NCBI GenBank assembly: GCA_964504135.1
Contig: CAZDCW010000005.1
Location: 1 to 54,377 of the forward strand
Direction of reading: 5' to 3'
Origin: an uncultured Methanosarcinales archaeon
GTDB taxonomy: Archaea; Nanobdellota; Nanobdellia; Woesearchaeales; UBA10216
DNA length: 54,377 nt
In this document: piece by piece, positions 19,201-26,742 of the stretch
Layout of the letters: every line of letters starts with the position of its first letter
Numbering within the stretch: the first letter of the stretch is position 1
The notes under the pieces: model-generated
Told to the model about the DNA's origin: nothing
Seen by the model: only the letters and a program-made list of their open reading frames with translations
Database searches by the model: none
Program-made: the position numbers and the translations under genes

Positions 19201-19313
19201 ACCCTGATGAGAAGGTGTTTGATGATGTTATCAGGGAGACCGGCTGCATTCCGCCTTGGATTAAGTTTGACCTCAAGGGAAAGGCCAATACAAATCCCTG
19301 TCCGGTGGCTTAA
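10233..19313 (+). CDS. Giant secreted multidomain protein (3 kinase-like, 2 ADP-ribosyltransferase-like and 1 phospho-Ser/Thr lyase-like domains); candidate toxin/effector
   Basis: Uninterrupted 3026-aa ORF with an N-terminal signal peptide (MRQLVWLLFVLLLSGFASGA); domain motifs are detailed in the findings. The CDS is solid, the function is inferred. Confidence 0.8.
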   Translation: MRQLVWLLFVLLLSGFASGAATVILPPSGPDAPDVKPPGGCSDCVAGTICTSAGPPASCQAAETADLATVPPALINSQISAIPPKKLEDSLGDIQDLSQLSSPEAQEALRQAFQKRYGIPVTIDASAGRVRVVNDRLFRQGSSIDLPSLKDNREIRSLELTTVQDGAGSQLVARYSLKTGYYFDVVGQFNLVAADNYGLVIDGINARFAAANGYYGVIDNYVTSRNVLLSLAGSEEISGDANFFRNPDSSLDRSRPVKLSGTNSWVCVDDKAKCMRNHPLNDWTSTESGPGSADWMVTEACFRCSEDEVSGLSERLLEGLIYGYTSWTRQPNAQGIVSDSLNMRGYGISKFGDAIIEGSHLNVDFTVNDDSDTSGVMFRFLDSKLGRDDKAVGRVVSYGRSLDLQFESDGNVHAKERNFQTETAVPLTSQGFVNSLLFGSGDILPAAVTHFGDSSAIKKLEAEIRTTPLEARSADVKAYISQSRPDLLGQPLTAAQSAELDREFLKAYLGYEYAADFLKRQPTLEEAYHYGESVLSGLSGSQKADDSKKPVVFNHQTSKVLPSGTMVKFENFYFMTPDSVVTGQGDIDFNSALRQKYEREVMQRALKDSSFLALAPEERDSYIQSAVSQYEPLISLASRMNEQRLVVEYVENSGNVVGVQELKTSVKDVGDKRQLAYAQLEHLQTVQEGMEEVLLQLQQGKSLVDIREKASGKVEAAFGDPALNYQYNQELASRIISAGRSSIELNGHTFDITTKEGLASFLVYNNLDAARLFYGRGNFEDASSHSLNALQFSMSPEDFAEFLKVLRQNPGVFGKVASSPDGQSGFTAFSRDGYDYLVPDRIRLMVQQGRLNQDILKQYMDNKAAVESKNLLVSNPEKALDFILPNEYWEVAANLAFASKPTAVVVSAGGKVMLRKTVLKLSEEVGRLGFSGVIGFDLPRGALSGNALRAAVKASDEDAPRLSRGSFPVLDPAAATGCITCRPDQVLDSSNPAFALQTEPRDKGLFERLLDLVRGRKSPVAPPEAPGAPDDLTLFKFLDEEQVVPHPIDPPARPGSIDEVVQASQRRVPEAQDPAYVASVRSMLGRSEEDISFMLDKYIGTNIKPQVAAVVRDERMWQQVLEHLKIPPTDVQKVGFEELNPGTFSRPIKVTVSGQGFSKDFVFKLPRDSYVDPEVTERQFRYMAGMARATDERGERAVMQRVLADPLYYDLGYRGPSAIVPEEFVPGKLAGWAERYYEPAALVHSLGSLDGRLWAASRQLENGVETGFVTVDNSAANIIVAESENGEVVAKYIDSDINRNHVIMGNLEDLVIYSIHTKSQRNWQRRIQPDDLDDFLSGMLEHLGDRDSALRSFAKAADTLEQEALKVESEQWRSEMREAAGRIRAFVKREAASVRGVSGLGGGAPAKAGRPLTNREVADIVKLEIPQAAEHPHLVRLVANAQTEIDAFYQELAAKMGGEYFPAESSDIRQQILEVKPQFEFAFRAGTPDKMSATVTYVNAELPGMLVVGTSSGRSSGRILGENQGFIVKGPNGKSEDTVRLYRGVIEYAAEQQLPVIIRKRYATAEDIEGFVRGWIDIGTLLRNHPDRVSLVSKYEKIARENPEWSKLEVAFKAFHSYCRENFVGSLDCSGSIFVSGSEKSSVAEMYSLSSRTGIIYGTEGSRGIRGVLILDVPKSRTFEPSSAIVNYNSDTRSETAIIGAVDHAWVRGFVPSEGLESNAAGFQQRITIAEKIIDELDSASDPLGAAISVMLANSGLSRALERNIGTNIRSQVESVLSDSGAWSQVLWHLAVEPGDVARIDVQELTSGFYKNPFKVELFLRNGESRSFVFKLPRDSYVDPELTERQFRHMKDLDGSGVMQKVIGGQPVYVDLGGDLGRRPIIFEEYVPGYTAEKALTVYGKRPVMVSLGDLDGRFWAASRSVEDGMVTGLVNKNNGLDDIIAEEKSGALVSRYVDSDVDFVSQGGIDELVIKGLFHKNFEWPRIMPDYIDAYLSAMLPHLGNRESALRAFISTADRIDSEALRPVNKDWKAGMQDAAGRIRKFATDRLEIKEFVAAERRAAKVVLLPGTPVNLPAKPAEVRDDAYALLGHLSRDSDAWKPVLAKLGVKPEDVLKVDVRTMAEGGTKIAYIVSLDLKSGERKSFVFKTSNGKNRILEGEYSALKKAEGFNVGPRQLTDSPIVAEIAGGKSVLLLEELVTGYSLDEAKLTVPPDELYRAMGELDARLFEAGKTSEYGRIRGFTYNDYRSANVRFYDDAGEGLVGKFVELDVSTSSIDDFFGANYLFSVPPENLNAYLKGSFSVLKDKRKALSSLAGLADYFSWKSSYMAENVAQIKKFVSEYAASEGITLPPRRQSIPSKAELREAVMGNTADPLAADIVARAYTDMYSARVKLASSFNGRYVLLDGNIIVDDAVETGGRLSDALKRADVKAKEYAETDKDAVVKVVPSVSYGEQNSPEKITVLLTFAEKATGKRYDDAFFGEVVLNNMAGYGAVESAGAKRGEVRLFMGIGGDPSQVQKAGIVAAGYATTDDIRRFMDGKAGIEELLGKHPEKESLVKRFHKVKEENPGLSDSEAAYMAFTRNCAWAGGCHASIFASASSDPQMSAFYEQFGGQKASWILVMDIPKREVLNAKEIGNFGESEMAVAGEISPQWIKGFVPRNVRYADMDTMLHAFDAQVTSGTTVVVASEGVVREVPFDAEKLTSKAQFMVYGENHKANIVGPPGTVYDIGDGVLLRPGEVFELSEEQYASLRKAAPYDLEVRGFGVSMPITEAEYRAIIASGKFETLVDSGDYVVYVTEGLELPGGRRLSAGSGDRIWVGLGEYISVMTKGIRPNLESVSNGVTMALNSHEYALLKVRNYFHEGAWINSPKFSDYKEGWKIHVTAAQDDIAMLEDALLPYLRQKRITHKVMIASQVPKYRGTTQEGKVVAVFLGSGPDAERIVEEMDSLIAAELKNSGKLAREELPYGGKSGMISYRYANHKGYSIVNPDNPDEKVFDDVIRETGCIPPWIKFDLKGKANTNPCPVA

Positions 19314-22300
19314 CCAAACCACCTTCCAAGCCCTTCCTGCTTCTCCTTGTCCCTGCCGAATACTTCCTCTACCCTTTTCTTGGTGAGCATCAGCGTCTGC
19401 TGGAGGTAGGCTGATACTGCATATTTCTCGGCAAGGCTTATCGCAGGGCCGAGGTATTTTGTTATTGAGCCTTCGGATACTGTGAATAGCAGCTTGCCTT
19501 TGCATTCGCACATTCCGGAGAGTGGCGGCCTGCGGTATTTCTTGTTGCATTTGACGCATCTGAACTGCTGTGTTGAGAATTTCCTCAGGTTGCCTTTTAT
19601 GTCGCGGAGCAGGTGCTTTTCTATTACCATTTTTGCGACCCCCTGCGCGTCTACAGCCCTTATCTGCTCTGCCAGCAGCATTTGCCCTTTGAGCTTTTCT
19701 TCCATTGACGGCAGCAGCTTGTAGGCTGAGTATGTGTTGCCTGAGTTTATGTCGTGGATCTCATGCGTGTACCCGAGTCCTTCATACTGCTGGTCTGTGC
19801 CAAGCCTGGACTGGAGTATTTCAACTCCGCTTGGCATTTTCTGCTGGAGTGTTGCCTCGTAGAAGCTTAGCGGGTATCTCCAGGCCACGTCTATCCTGTG
19901 CGCCATGTCGTCCACTTCTGCGGGTATCAGTTTTGAGGTAAGGACTAGTGGCGAGTCCATTGTTTTTGCTCCTCGCTTGTCAGGGAGGAACTGCCTGGAA
20001 AAATTAAGCAGCGCGTCCATCAGGAGAATGACGCATGCCTCGTCTCCGTCAGTGTCCCTTCTCATGGCTGCGTGGTAGAGTGGGTGTGCGAGCATTGTCT
20101 GCGTCTTTGAGAAGCCGATTATCCTTCCTACCATTCCTGCGCTGATGTGCGGCGCAAGGCCTATTACAAGGTGTCCGGCCAGTTCCTCTTTTTTTTTCAG
20201 TTTGTAGAATGGCTCCTGGCCGTACAGGAGCCTTAGCTCATCATCCACGAAGCCTGCAATTCTGAATAGTACAGAGTCTGCGCTTTCGTCCCCGAATCCT
20301 GTTGGGAGGATTAGGTCCTGTGGCTTCAGCTCGAGTATTTGGTCGTATTCCCTTAATGGGATTCCATTAATGTCCTTTTCATAGCCGAGCTCCAGCAGCC
20401 TGGTGACTGGGGTCATGACTTCAAATGGCTTGAAGTGGGTTATCGGCAGCTCTGTCATGTCGTATCTTGTTGTTCCGTCTTTGTTGACTGCCAGGTCGTG
20501 CATGGCTCTGAGCACGCCTTTGGCGAGGTTTTCGGGCGTGTGGTCTTTGTTTGAAAGCCCCTTTACCCCTTTTATCAGCTCTGGGTAGCTTTTTGCCTTG
20601 AGTTTTTTAAGGCTGGCCTGGAGGTATTTGTCTGGGCTTATGGTCATTCTTCTGAATCCTGGGGGATTGTGCGTGCAATTTTGGGCTCGGCAAATCAGGC
20701 AGTTGTACGTTATGGTTGTTGCCTTTCCGCATTCCTCGCATACGCCGTAGATTGTTTCTGAGTTGCAGTTGCTGCAGGTTCTTGTTGGGAATTCTGCTGT
20801 CACTTTTCCTGCCTGTATGGCGCTCTGGAGGCGTCTGAGCCTTCCGCCTTCGGCGCCAACCGGGAATAGTACGTGCGGCGAGCCTGTCAGTTCGCGCATT
20901 TTTGCCTTTTCAGGCCTGCCCATCCTGGCTCCAACATATGTTCCGCCCTTGTCTCTTATCTTGACCTTGCTTATGGTGTTTATCATCTCAACTGGTGTCT
21001 TGTCAGGGCTTTCCAGGAGTTTTGCTGTTTGTGTGTCAAGGCTGAATGTTGCGATGAGCGCCTCTGCCTCCTGCCCCTGTATCACGACGTATTCGTTCCC
21101 TGCCACTGTATGTGGCACTCCTGCGACTTCAAGGTGCCTTTTTGCCTTGTTTATTTGCAGGATTATCCTTGTTTTTTCCTCTTGTCTTATGCTTCCGCTT
21201 GCAAGCCAGTCTGCCAGCTCAGTCAGGTCGTGGCTGCTCAGGCTGTTCCAGTAATACGTATAGTATGGGTGGAGTGGGACGCCTGTTTTTTCAGATATCT
21301 TGAGCGCAGTGGCCATTGTTGGCTTTACGATGGAGGGGTTGTGCATTATTGCCGCGAGCTCTTCAGGCGGTACTTCAGTGTGCTCGGCGAGCTTCTCGAG
21401 GTCCAGGTTTCCGAAGAGGTCTACGGTTGCCTTTTCAATTTCCTGTACGTGCCATTCCTCGCAGTACCCTGCCGGCACAAGGGGCTGGGCCCTGTCAAGG
21501 AAGTCGCCGTAGCTTACCAGTATGTCGCCGAGGTACAGTATTTCCTGTATCTGGTCCTTTTGCTGTTTGGCGGCGTGCTCGCTTTCAAGCCTTGTTACGC
21601 TGCCGTCGTTCAGCTTGACGATTGGCCCGTCTATGCTGTCCGCAGGCGTTACAGCTGCTGCCTTTCCAGGCCTTTCTGTTTTTAGCTGAGTCCCTGTTGC
21701 TATGTATCCAAGGAGTATTGCGAGCGTGCTCGGGTTCAGGCCTATTGATGAGTATCCGCTCATTCTTGTCTTGCCGTATCTTAGCCTGAAGCCGCCTGGC
21801 CTTAGAGGGTATGACAGTACTGGCCGTCCTGCCACGAGGTCTGCTATGTAGGTATAGTCTGGAAAGAGTCCGGAAACTTTTTTCGCCTTTTCCTTTCGCA
21901 TGGCGATGTATGTTGCGAGGAAGCTCCAGTCCAGGTCGAACTCCTTTCCCCATAGCCTGAGTTCCTTCCACAGCTTTGGCGCTTTCAGGGCGAGCATTGA
22001 AATGACAAGGCATACTCCTGAGCGTATCTTGTTTGTGCTTATTCTTGGCAGGTCCTTGTGGTTGCTTACCTCCATCCTTTCAGAGGGCTCGCCATCAACC
22101 TCCACAGGCAGCTTCGAGATGAGGAACTTTATTTCTTCCTTGGCAGGCTTGTATTGGAGGTTGGTTACCCTTTCATGATAGTCGTCCAGTTCTGTCGCGA
22201 ATCTGTTCATTTCATCTTCTGTGGGGTCGTATTCTGCATAGCCCATGCATTTCCTTATGTGGTCTGTAATCACCAGGCAGACTCCTGCCGCTGTCCCTCC

Positions 22301-22759
22301 TGCGCCCCTGATTGGCCCTGCGAATGACGCCGCTATGTAGTCTTTTCCGTCTGCCCTCTTTTTGATGCGCAGCTCTACAAATCCTTCAAGGGGCGCGGCA
22401 ACGACGCCGACTGTGTGGTATGCAAATCCTGTTCTTATGCCTACCTCCATGGCTTCTTTCTGGCTTTTGAACTGGCAGAATTTCTCCCTGGCCACTTCTT
22501 CTGCTATTATCAGGGATACCTGCCAGGCCAGGGCGCCGTATTTCTTTTCAAGCTGCTCTATCCTTTTCGGGATTCCTTTGCCGGATATTTCAGGGGCGAT
22601 TGCTGATATGAGCCCCTCTACCCTCTCTGCCATGTTTTTTGCGAGGGGTATGTCCACTTTTGTTTCAGGGTCGTATCCCTTCTTTCTGGCCTTTTCAGCT
22701 GCCGAGTAAGCGCTTTTGAGTGAGCGGCTGATTGACTCAAAGTATTCGTTCATGCTCAT
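19310..22759 (-). CDS. polC: DNA polymerase D large subunit DP2
   Basis: FAGPIRGAGGT, GGFRLRYG, GARMGRPEK, catalytic RRDTDGDE and C-terminal QQFRCVKC. Confidence 0.97.
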   Translation of the reverse strand: MSMNEYFESISRSLKSAYSAAEKARKKGYDPETKVDIPLAKNMAERVEGLISAIAPEISGKGIPKRIEQLEKKYGALAWQVSLIIAEEVAREKFCQFKSQKEAMEVGIRTGFAYHTVGVVAAPLEGFVELRIKKRADGKDYIAASFAGPIRGAGGTAAGVCLVITDHIRKCMGYAEYDPTEDEMNRFATELDDYHERVTNLQYKPAKEEIKFLISKLPVEVDGEPSERMEVSNHKDLPRISTNKIRSGVCLVISMLALKAPKLWKELRLWGKEFDLDWSFLATYIAMRKEKAKKVSGLFPDYTYIADLVAGRPVLSYPLRPGGFRLRYGKTRMSGYSSIGLNPSTLAILLGYIATGTQLKTERPGKAAAVTPADSIDGPIVKLNDGSVTRLESEHAAKQQKDQIQEILYLGDILVSYGDFLDRAQPLVPAGYCEEWHVQEIEKATVDLFGNLDLEKLAEHTEVPPEELAAIMHNPSIVKPTMATALKISEKTGVPLHPYYTYYWNSLSSHDLTELADWLASGSIRQEEKTRIILQINKAKRHLEVAGVPHTVAGNEYVVIQGQEAEALIATFSLDTQTAKLLESPDKTPVEMINTISKVKIRDKGGTYVGARMGRPEKAKMRELTGSPHVLFPVGAEGGRLRRLQSAIQAGKVTAEFPTRTCSNCNSETIYGVCEECGKATTITYNCLICRAQNCTHNPPGFRRMTISPDKYLQASLKKLKAKSYPELIKGVKGLSNKDHTPENLAKGVLRAMHDLAVNKDGTTRYDMTELPITHFKPFEVMTPVTRLLELGYEKDINGIPLREYDQILELKPQDLILPTGFGDESADSVLFRIAGFVDDELRLLYGQEPFYKLKKKEELAGHLVIGLAPHISAGMVGRIIGFSKTQTMLAHPLYHAAMRRDTDGDEACVILLMDALLNFSRQFLPDKRGAKTMDSPLVLTSKLIPAEVDDMAHRIDVAWRYPLSFYEATLQQKMPSGVEILQSRLGTDQQYEGLGYTHEIHDINSGNTYSAYKLLPSMEEKLKGQMLLAEQIRAVDAQGVAKMVIEKHLLRDIKGNLRKFSTQQFRCVKCNKKYRRPPLSGMCECKGKLLFTVSEGSITKYLGPAISLAEKYAVSAYLQQTLMLTKKRVEEVFGRDKEKQEGLGRWFG

Positions 22760-24138
22760 TCTTCAGCCCCGAATTTCAGGATTTTCACTTCCCTGGTCTG
22801 GAGGTTTACGATTGGGACCCGGGCTGGTTGGGGGACATGCCCCATTCTTTCCTGGAAGCTTGTCTTGCCCTGCCAGCATGAGCTGCTGATGAGTGTTACG
22901 TGCTTGTATTGGGAGGCGTATGACCTGTGGATGTGGCCTGTTGCGAATATGTCCGGCACTTTTCTTATTACAAGGTTGTCTGTTGCAGAGGGGATGTATA
23001 ATGTTGCCGAGTGTGTGGGGCTCAGGTGCCTTCTCTGGAGAAGGAACTTCATTATGAGGTCTGCCCTGTCGTACCCTCCCTTTGTGCGTATGCTTTCCAC
23101 GTTTGCGACATAGTAGTCAAAGCTGTAGCCGTGGTATACCAGCACTGTCAGGCCAGGGAAATCAGGTGTCTTGTCCAGCGTAACGTAGGCCGGGTTTGAG
23201 ACAGGGTACACGTTCGGGAGGTTTAGCAATGGAACGAACATTTCGCCTATGAATGGCGGCTGCGGCTCTGATATCCTCATCGAGTCGTGGTTGCCTGGGG
23301 AGATTATTATTTTCTTGTCCTTTGGTATCCTGCTAAGGAGCTCAGCGCATTTTTTGTACTGGCCGAAGATGTCCTTTTCCTCAAGCTCCTCATCCTGGTC
23401 AGGGTATATCCCCACGCCGTCCACTATGTCGCCTATTATGAATACATATTTTACCTTGCGTGCCAGTTCCTTTTGCTGCTCGCTTCCCAGCTCGCTGTTT
23501 ATCCAGCTGAGGAACTTGCTGAATTCCTCTCCGAGGAATTTCTTGGAGCCCACGTGTATGTCTGACAGGAAGACCGCGTATCCTTCATAGGGGCTTTTTT
23601 TTGCATCCTCTGCAGGCACGTCCGGGTGGATTATGCTTCCTGCAAAAAGCAGCTCTCCGTTGTACGCCCCTGTTATTCCGATGATTTCGTCCATTACGCA
23701 GTCCTTTGCCGTGTTGTAAAGCTCCTGCTTGGCCTTGCTGACCAGTACCTTTGCGCTTCCTGTCTGGTCTTCGACCGTTAGCATGATGTGCTCGTTTTTT
23801 GTTGTCTGCTTGTCGGCTATCATGCCAATTATTGTTGCCTTTTCCTGCCTGCCGAATTTCAGCCTGCTTATGCTTGTCGCCCCGCTCATCTCAGGCCTTG
23901 CCGCCAGCATCCTTTCGATTGCCCTGAATCGGTCGTTGTAGTATTCTACAAAGTCAGAGCATTCTCTCTTTCTTGGAGGTTCGTAGTATGACTGCAGGAT
24001 TTCGACCGAGCTTAGTTCGTTGCCTGTTTTCTTGATTTCCTCAATTCCGAGCTTGTCTATGTTTTCCAGCAGCTCAGGACTTACCAGTACGTTCCTTTTC
24101 AGAAGAACCTCTAGTGCCTTTCTCTTTTGCTCGTCCAT
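22756..24138 (-). CDS. polB: DNA polymerase D small subunit DP1 (proofreading exonuclease)
   Basis: SDIHVGS, GDIVDGVGIYP, PGNHD, YHG and GHIH phosphoesterase motifs plus an OB fold. Confidence 0.96.
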   Translation of the reverse strand: MDEQKRKALEVLLKRNVLVSPELLENIDKLGIEEIKKTGNELSSVEILQSYYEPPRKRECSDFVEYYNDRFRAIERMLAARPEMSGATSISRLKFGRQEKATIIGMIADKQTTKNEHIMLTVEDQTGSAKVLVSKAKQELYNTAKDCVMDEIIGITGAYNGELLFAGSIIHPDVPAEDAKKSPYEGYAVFLSDIHVGSKKFLGEEFSKFLSWINSELGSEQQKELARKVKYVFIIGDIVDGVGIYPDQDEELEEKDIFGQYKKCAELLSRIPKDKKIIISPGNHDSMRISEPQPPFIGEMFVPLLNLPNVYPVSNPAYVTLDKTPDFPGLTVLVYHGYSFDYYVANVESIRTKGGYDRADLIMKFLLQRRHLSPTHSATLYIPSATDNLVIRKVPDIFATGHIHRSYASQYKHVTLISSSCWQGKTSFQERMGHVPQPARVPIVNLQTREVKILKFGAEE

Positions 24139-24139
24139 T

Positions 24140-25348
24140 TCACAAGTTCAGCGACTCTTCAAGTATTTTCTTCATTCGGGGGGTTGTTGTGCTTGGGACT
24201 GAGAGGGCTATTTCCCTGGTCCTCCCGTACCGGCCCTTTGATATTACCTTGACGTTGACTATTCCCAGCATGTCCAGCTCGGCTATTATGTCTGATACCC
24301 TTCGCTGGGTCAGGGGCCTTAGCCCTATCCTGCTGCATACTGTCTTGTAAAGCTCGTATACGTCTCCTGTGAATATGCTGCCCTTGCTGCTGATTCCTAT
24401 GGATACTATTGCATATAGGGTTGCCTGGCTCTGCTTTGGCTGTGTTGTGAGTATTATCATAAGCCTGTCGCGCTCTATTTTTTCGTCTGCCGCGTCTAGG
24501 TGGCTTATGCTTATGGTGCTGCTGCTGTTCCTTTCAGCTATTTCGCCTGCCACCCTGAGGAGCTCAAGACACCTTCTTGCGTCACCGTGCTCCCTTGCAG
24601 CGTAGGCTGCGCACTTCTCAAGCACTCCCTGCTCCAAAGCATCCTCGGCGAACGCCTCCCTCGCTCTTTCGCTAAGTATGTCCTGCAGTTGTAGGGCGTT
24701 GTATGGCGCGAAGATTATCTCCTCTTCTGAGAGGGATGATTTGACTCTTGGGTCAAGCGCGTCAAGGAATACCATGTCGTTTGATATCCCTGCTATTGAT
24801 ATCTTTGCATTTTTCAACTCGTCATTTATCCTGGTGAGGTTGTACAGTATTTCATCCCCTGCTTTCTTTACGAGCTGGTCTATCTCGTCCAGGATTATTA
24901 TGTTCACGCAGCTGTTGCTGTCTATGGCCTGGTGGAATATTTTGTAGACTTCGTCGGTTGGCAGGCCTGTTGGCGGTATTGATTTCCCGTAATCCCTTGC
25001 AAGTTGGGCTATGAGCCTGTATTCTGTGTCAGCTATCCTCTTTAGCTTGCAGTTCAGGTATACTATTTTGAGGGGTATGTTGTTTGCTGCGGCATGCATT
25101 TCGAGTTCTGCCGCGACGTGTCGCATGCTGAGGGTCTTTCCGCTGCCAGCCTTCCCGTATATGAATAGGTTGGATGGCTTCTCTTTTTTCAGGCTTGGCG
25201 CCAATATTCCGGCTATTGCGCCAATCTCCTTCTCCCTGTGGAGCACTGCCTGTGGAATGTGTGCTGACTGGAGAACTGCCTTGCTCTTGAATATGGATTT
25301 GGCCTCAAGATACCTGTCAAAGAACCCTGTCAGCCCGCTCTGCCCCAA
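24140..25348 (-). CDS. cdc6: Orc1/Cdc6 replication initiator
   Basis: YGKAGSGKT, ILDEID, HGDAR and C-terminal wHTH ELDMLG..SKGRYGRTR; TTG start. Confidence 0.96.
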   Translation of the reverse strand: MGQSGLTGFFDRYLEAKSIFKSKAVLQSAHIPQAVLHREKEIGAIAGILAPSLKKEKPSNLFIYGKAGSGKTLSMRHVAAELEMHAAANNIPLKIVYLNCKLKRIADTEYRLIAQLARDYGKSIPPTGLPTDEVYKIFHQAIDSNSCVNIIILDEIDQLVKKAGDEILYNLTRINDELKNAKISIAGISNDMVFLDALDPRVKSSLSEEEIIFAPYNALQLQDILSERAREAFAEDALEQGVLEKCAAYAAREHGDARRCLELLRVAGEIAERNSSSTISISHLDAADEKIERDRLMIILTTQPKQSQATLYAIVSIGISSKGSIFTGDVYELYKTVCSRIGLRPLTQRRVSDIIAELDMLGIVNVKVISKGRYGRTREIALSVPSTTTPRMKKILEESLNL

Positions 25349-25394
25349 GCACCCTCACCCGCACCATCTTTAAAAGTCTTAATTCCCTTCTAAA

Positions 25395-25591
25395 CCCCCA
25401 CACCCCGGTTTCCTGTGGAAGTGTTTATTGTTATGTTATAAAAAATTATTCAATATTATTTACAATATGGAAAAGAACTGTTGGTTGAAAACAGAGAAGT
25501 GTTTCCTATAGACTTTCTATCAATTGAACACATAAACACAAGATTAAACACATAAACAAGGCCCTCCATGAGAAGCCAAGGGGTCAGAGGG
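25395..25591. promoter_or_regulatory. oriC-like region upstream of cdc6: inverted ORBs flanking an AT-rich stretch
   Basis: Minus-strand TTCCACAGGAAACCGGGGTGTGGGG at 25395-25420, AT-rich 25424-25475, and a degenerate plus-strand CTCCATGAGAAGCCAAGGGG at 25564-25583. Confidence 0.7.
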
Positions 25592-25683
25592 CTGTTTGGC
25601 GGTACACAGTCAACTATCTATATACTATCGTTGAGTGGTAAAATAAGCAAAACCTTTTTATAATGCCCTTTTATCCCACATCC

Positions 25684-26481
25684 ATGCTTGTTCAGAAGGA
25701 GATTTTGGAGCAGGTAAGGCACTTTGGGCTTAACAGCTATGAGTCTAGGCTTTGGACTGCGCTGCTGGCCAAGGGCGCTGCAACTGCAGGTGAGCTTTCT
25801 GACATGGCTAATGTACCCAGGTCAAGGGCGTATGATGTTCTTGAAAGCCTTGAGCGCAAGGGATTCATCATGCTGAAGGTTGGCAAGCCCATTAAGTACA
25901 TTGCTGTTTCCCCTGATGCTGTCCTTGACAGGGTTAAGAAGCGCATTGCTGAGGAGGCTGATGAGAAGAGGGGCTCTCTTGACAAGCTTAGGAAGACTGA
26001 CCTGCTTGCTGAGCTTAATATGCTTTACAAGAATGGCATAGATGTTGTTGAGCCTTTTGAGCTTGCGGCCAGCATTAAGGGCAGGAAGGCGATTTACAAC
26101 CACCTTGAAGGGCTGATAAGGAATTCAGGCAAGTCAATTAACATTATGACCAGCCAGGCAGGCATTGTCAGGAAAAAGGACTCGTTCATGAAGCTTCTGA
26201 AGAAGGCCAAGGACAGGGGTGTTAAGGTAAGGATTGCAGCTCCAATAGCTGGCCAGGAGTCTGCCAGGGCAGCTTCTGAGCTGAAGTCTGTTGCAGAGGT
26301 TTATGACTGTCAGGGCGCTGCCAGGTTCTGCACTGTAGATTCATCTGATACTGTTTTCATGATTTTTGATGATACAGAGGTGAACCCGTTGTACGATTCG
26401 GCAATCAGCGTAACCTCACCATTCCTTGCGTCATCTTTTGAGAAGATGTTTGCCTCTTACACAAGGAAGAATGGAAAGTAG
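25684..26481 (+). CDS. TrmB-family transcriptional regulator
   Basis: FGLNSYE..VPRSRAYDVLESLERKG HTH followed by a PLD-like effector domain. Confidence 0.92.
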   Translation: MLVQKEILEQVRHFGLNSYESRLWTALLAKGAATAGELSDMANVPRSRAYDVLESLERKGFIMLKVGKPIKYIAVSPDAVLDRVKKRIAEEADEKRGSLDKLRKTDLLAELNMLYKNGIDVVEPFELAASIKGRKAIYNHLEGLIRNSGKSINIMTSQAGIVRKKDSFMKLLKKAKDRGVKVRIAAPIAGQESARAASELKSVAEVYDCQGAARFCTVDSSDTVFMIFDDTEVNPLYDSAISVTSPFLASSFEKMFASYTRKNGK

Positions 26482-26518
26482 ATTAGTCTTTTTCTTTAAC
26501 TATTCCTTTAATTATAAG

Positions 26519-26691
26519 TAGCGGGCTGACTCTTCGTGTACGGTACAAGGTGACCTGCACAATGGAAACCGAAGCAGGGACAATGAACATTGCAAACCAG
26601 TGAACGCCAAGGAGTACACGAAGCCAGACTGTACACGTCTCGAGTTCCCTGAAAGGGGCTGCTGAATCTGCGGTAGCGACAGCCAGTCATA
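26519..26691 (-). ncRNA. Putative structured ncRNA or MITE-like element, copy B
   Basis: Reverse complement aligns end to end with copy A (GATTCAGC, ACGTGTAC, CGTTCAC(T)GGTTTGCAATGT, CCTTGTAC; terminal 23-mer 22/23 identical). A TTTTTATAG box lies upstream. Confidence 0.6.
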
Positions 26692-26742
26692 TAACTTTAA
26701 TTTAAACAAACCTATAAAAACAATTCTTGACACCCATATGCG

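Noticed and set aside
10233-19313. Lanthipeptide synthetase cluster
   Set aside because: No cyclase, precursor peptide or transporter; domain order differs from LanKC/LanL, and the protein has a secretion signal.
20873-21685. 270-aa ORF antisense to DP2, and similar shadow ORFs elsewhere such as 13476-14180 and 51235-51993
   Set aside because: They lie wholly opposite longer, well-supported genes and have no protein-like motifs.
19310-22759. Intein in PolD DP2
   Set aside because: Length is normal and there is no HN-[CST] junction near the RR.DGDE site.
25602-25614. GTACACAGTCA as a fourth copy of the dispersed element
   Set aside because: The match is too short and gapped, with no supporting stems.
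26519-26691. RNase P RNA as the identity of the element (Rpp30 is nearby)
   Set aside because: Lacks the GAGGAAAGUCC and AACAGAA..CGGCUUA P4 signatures and is multi-copy.
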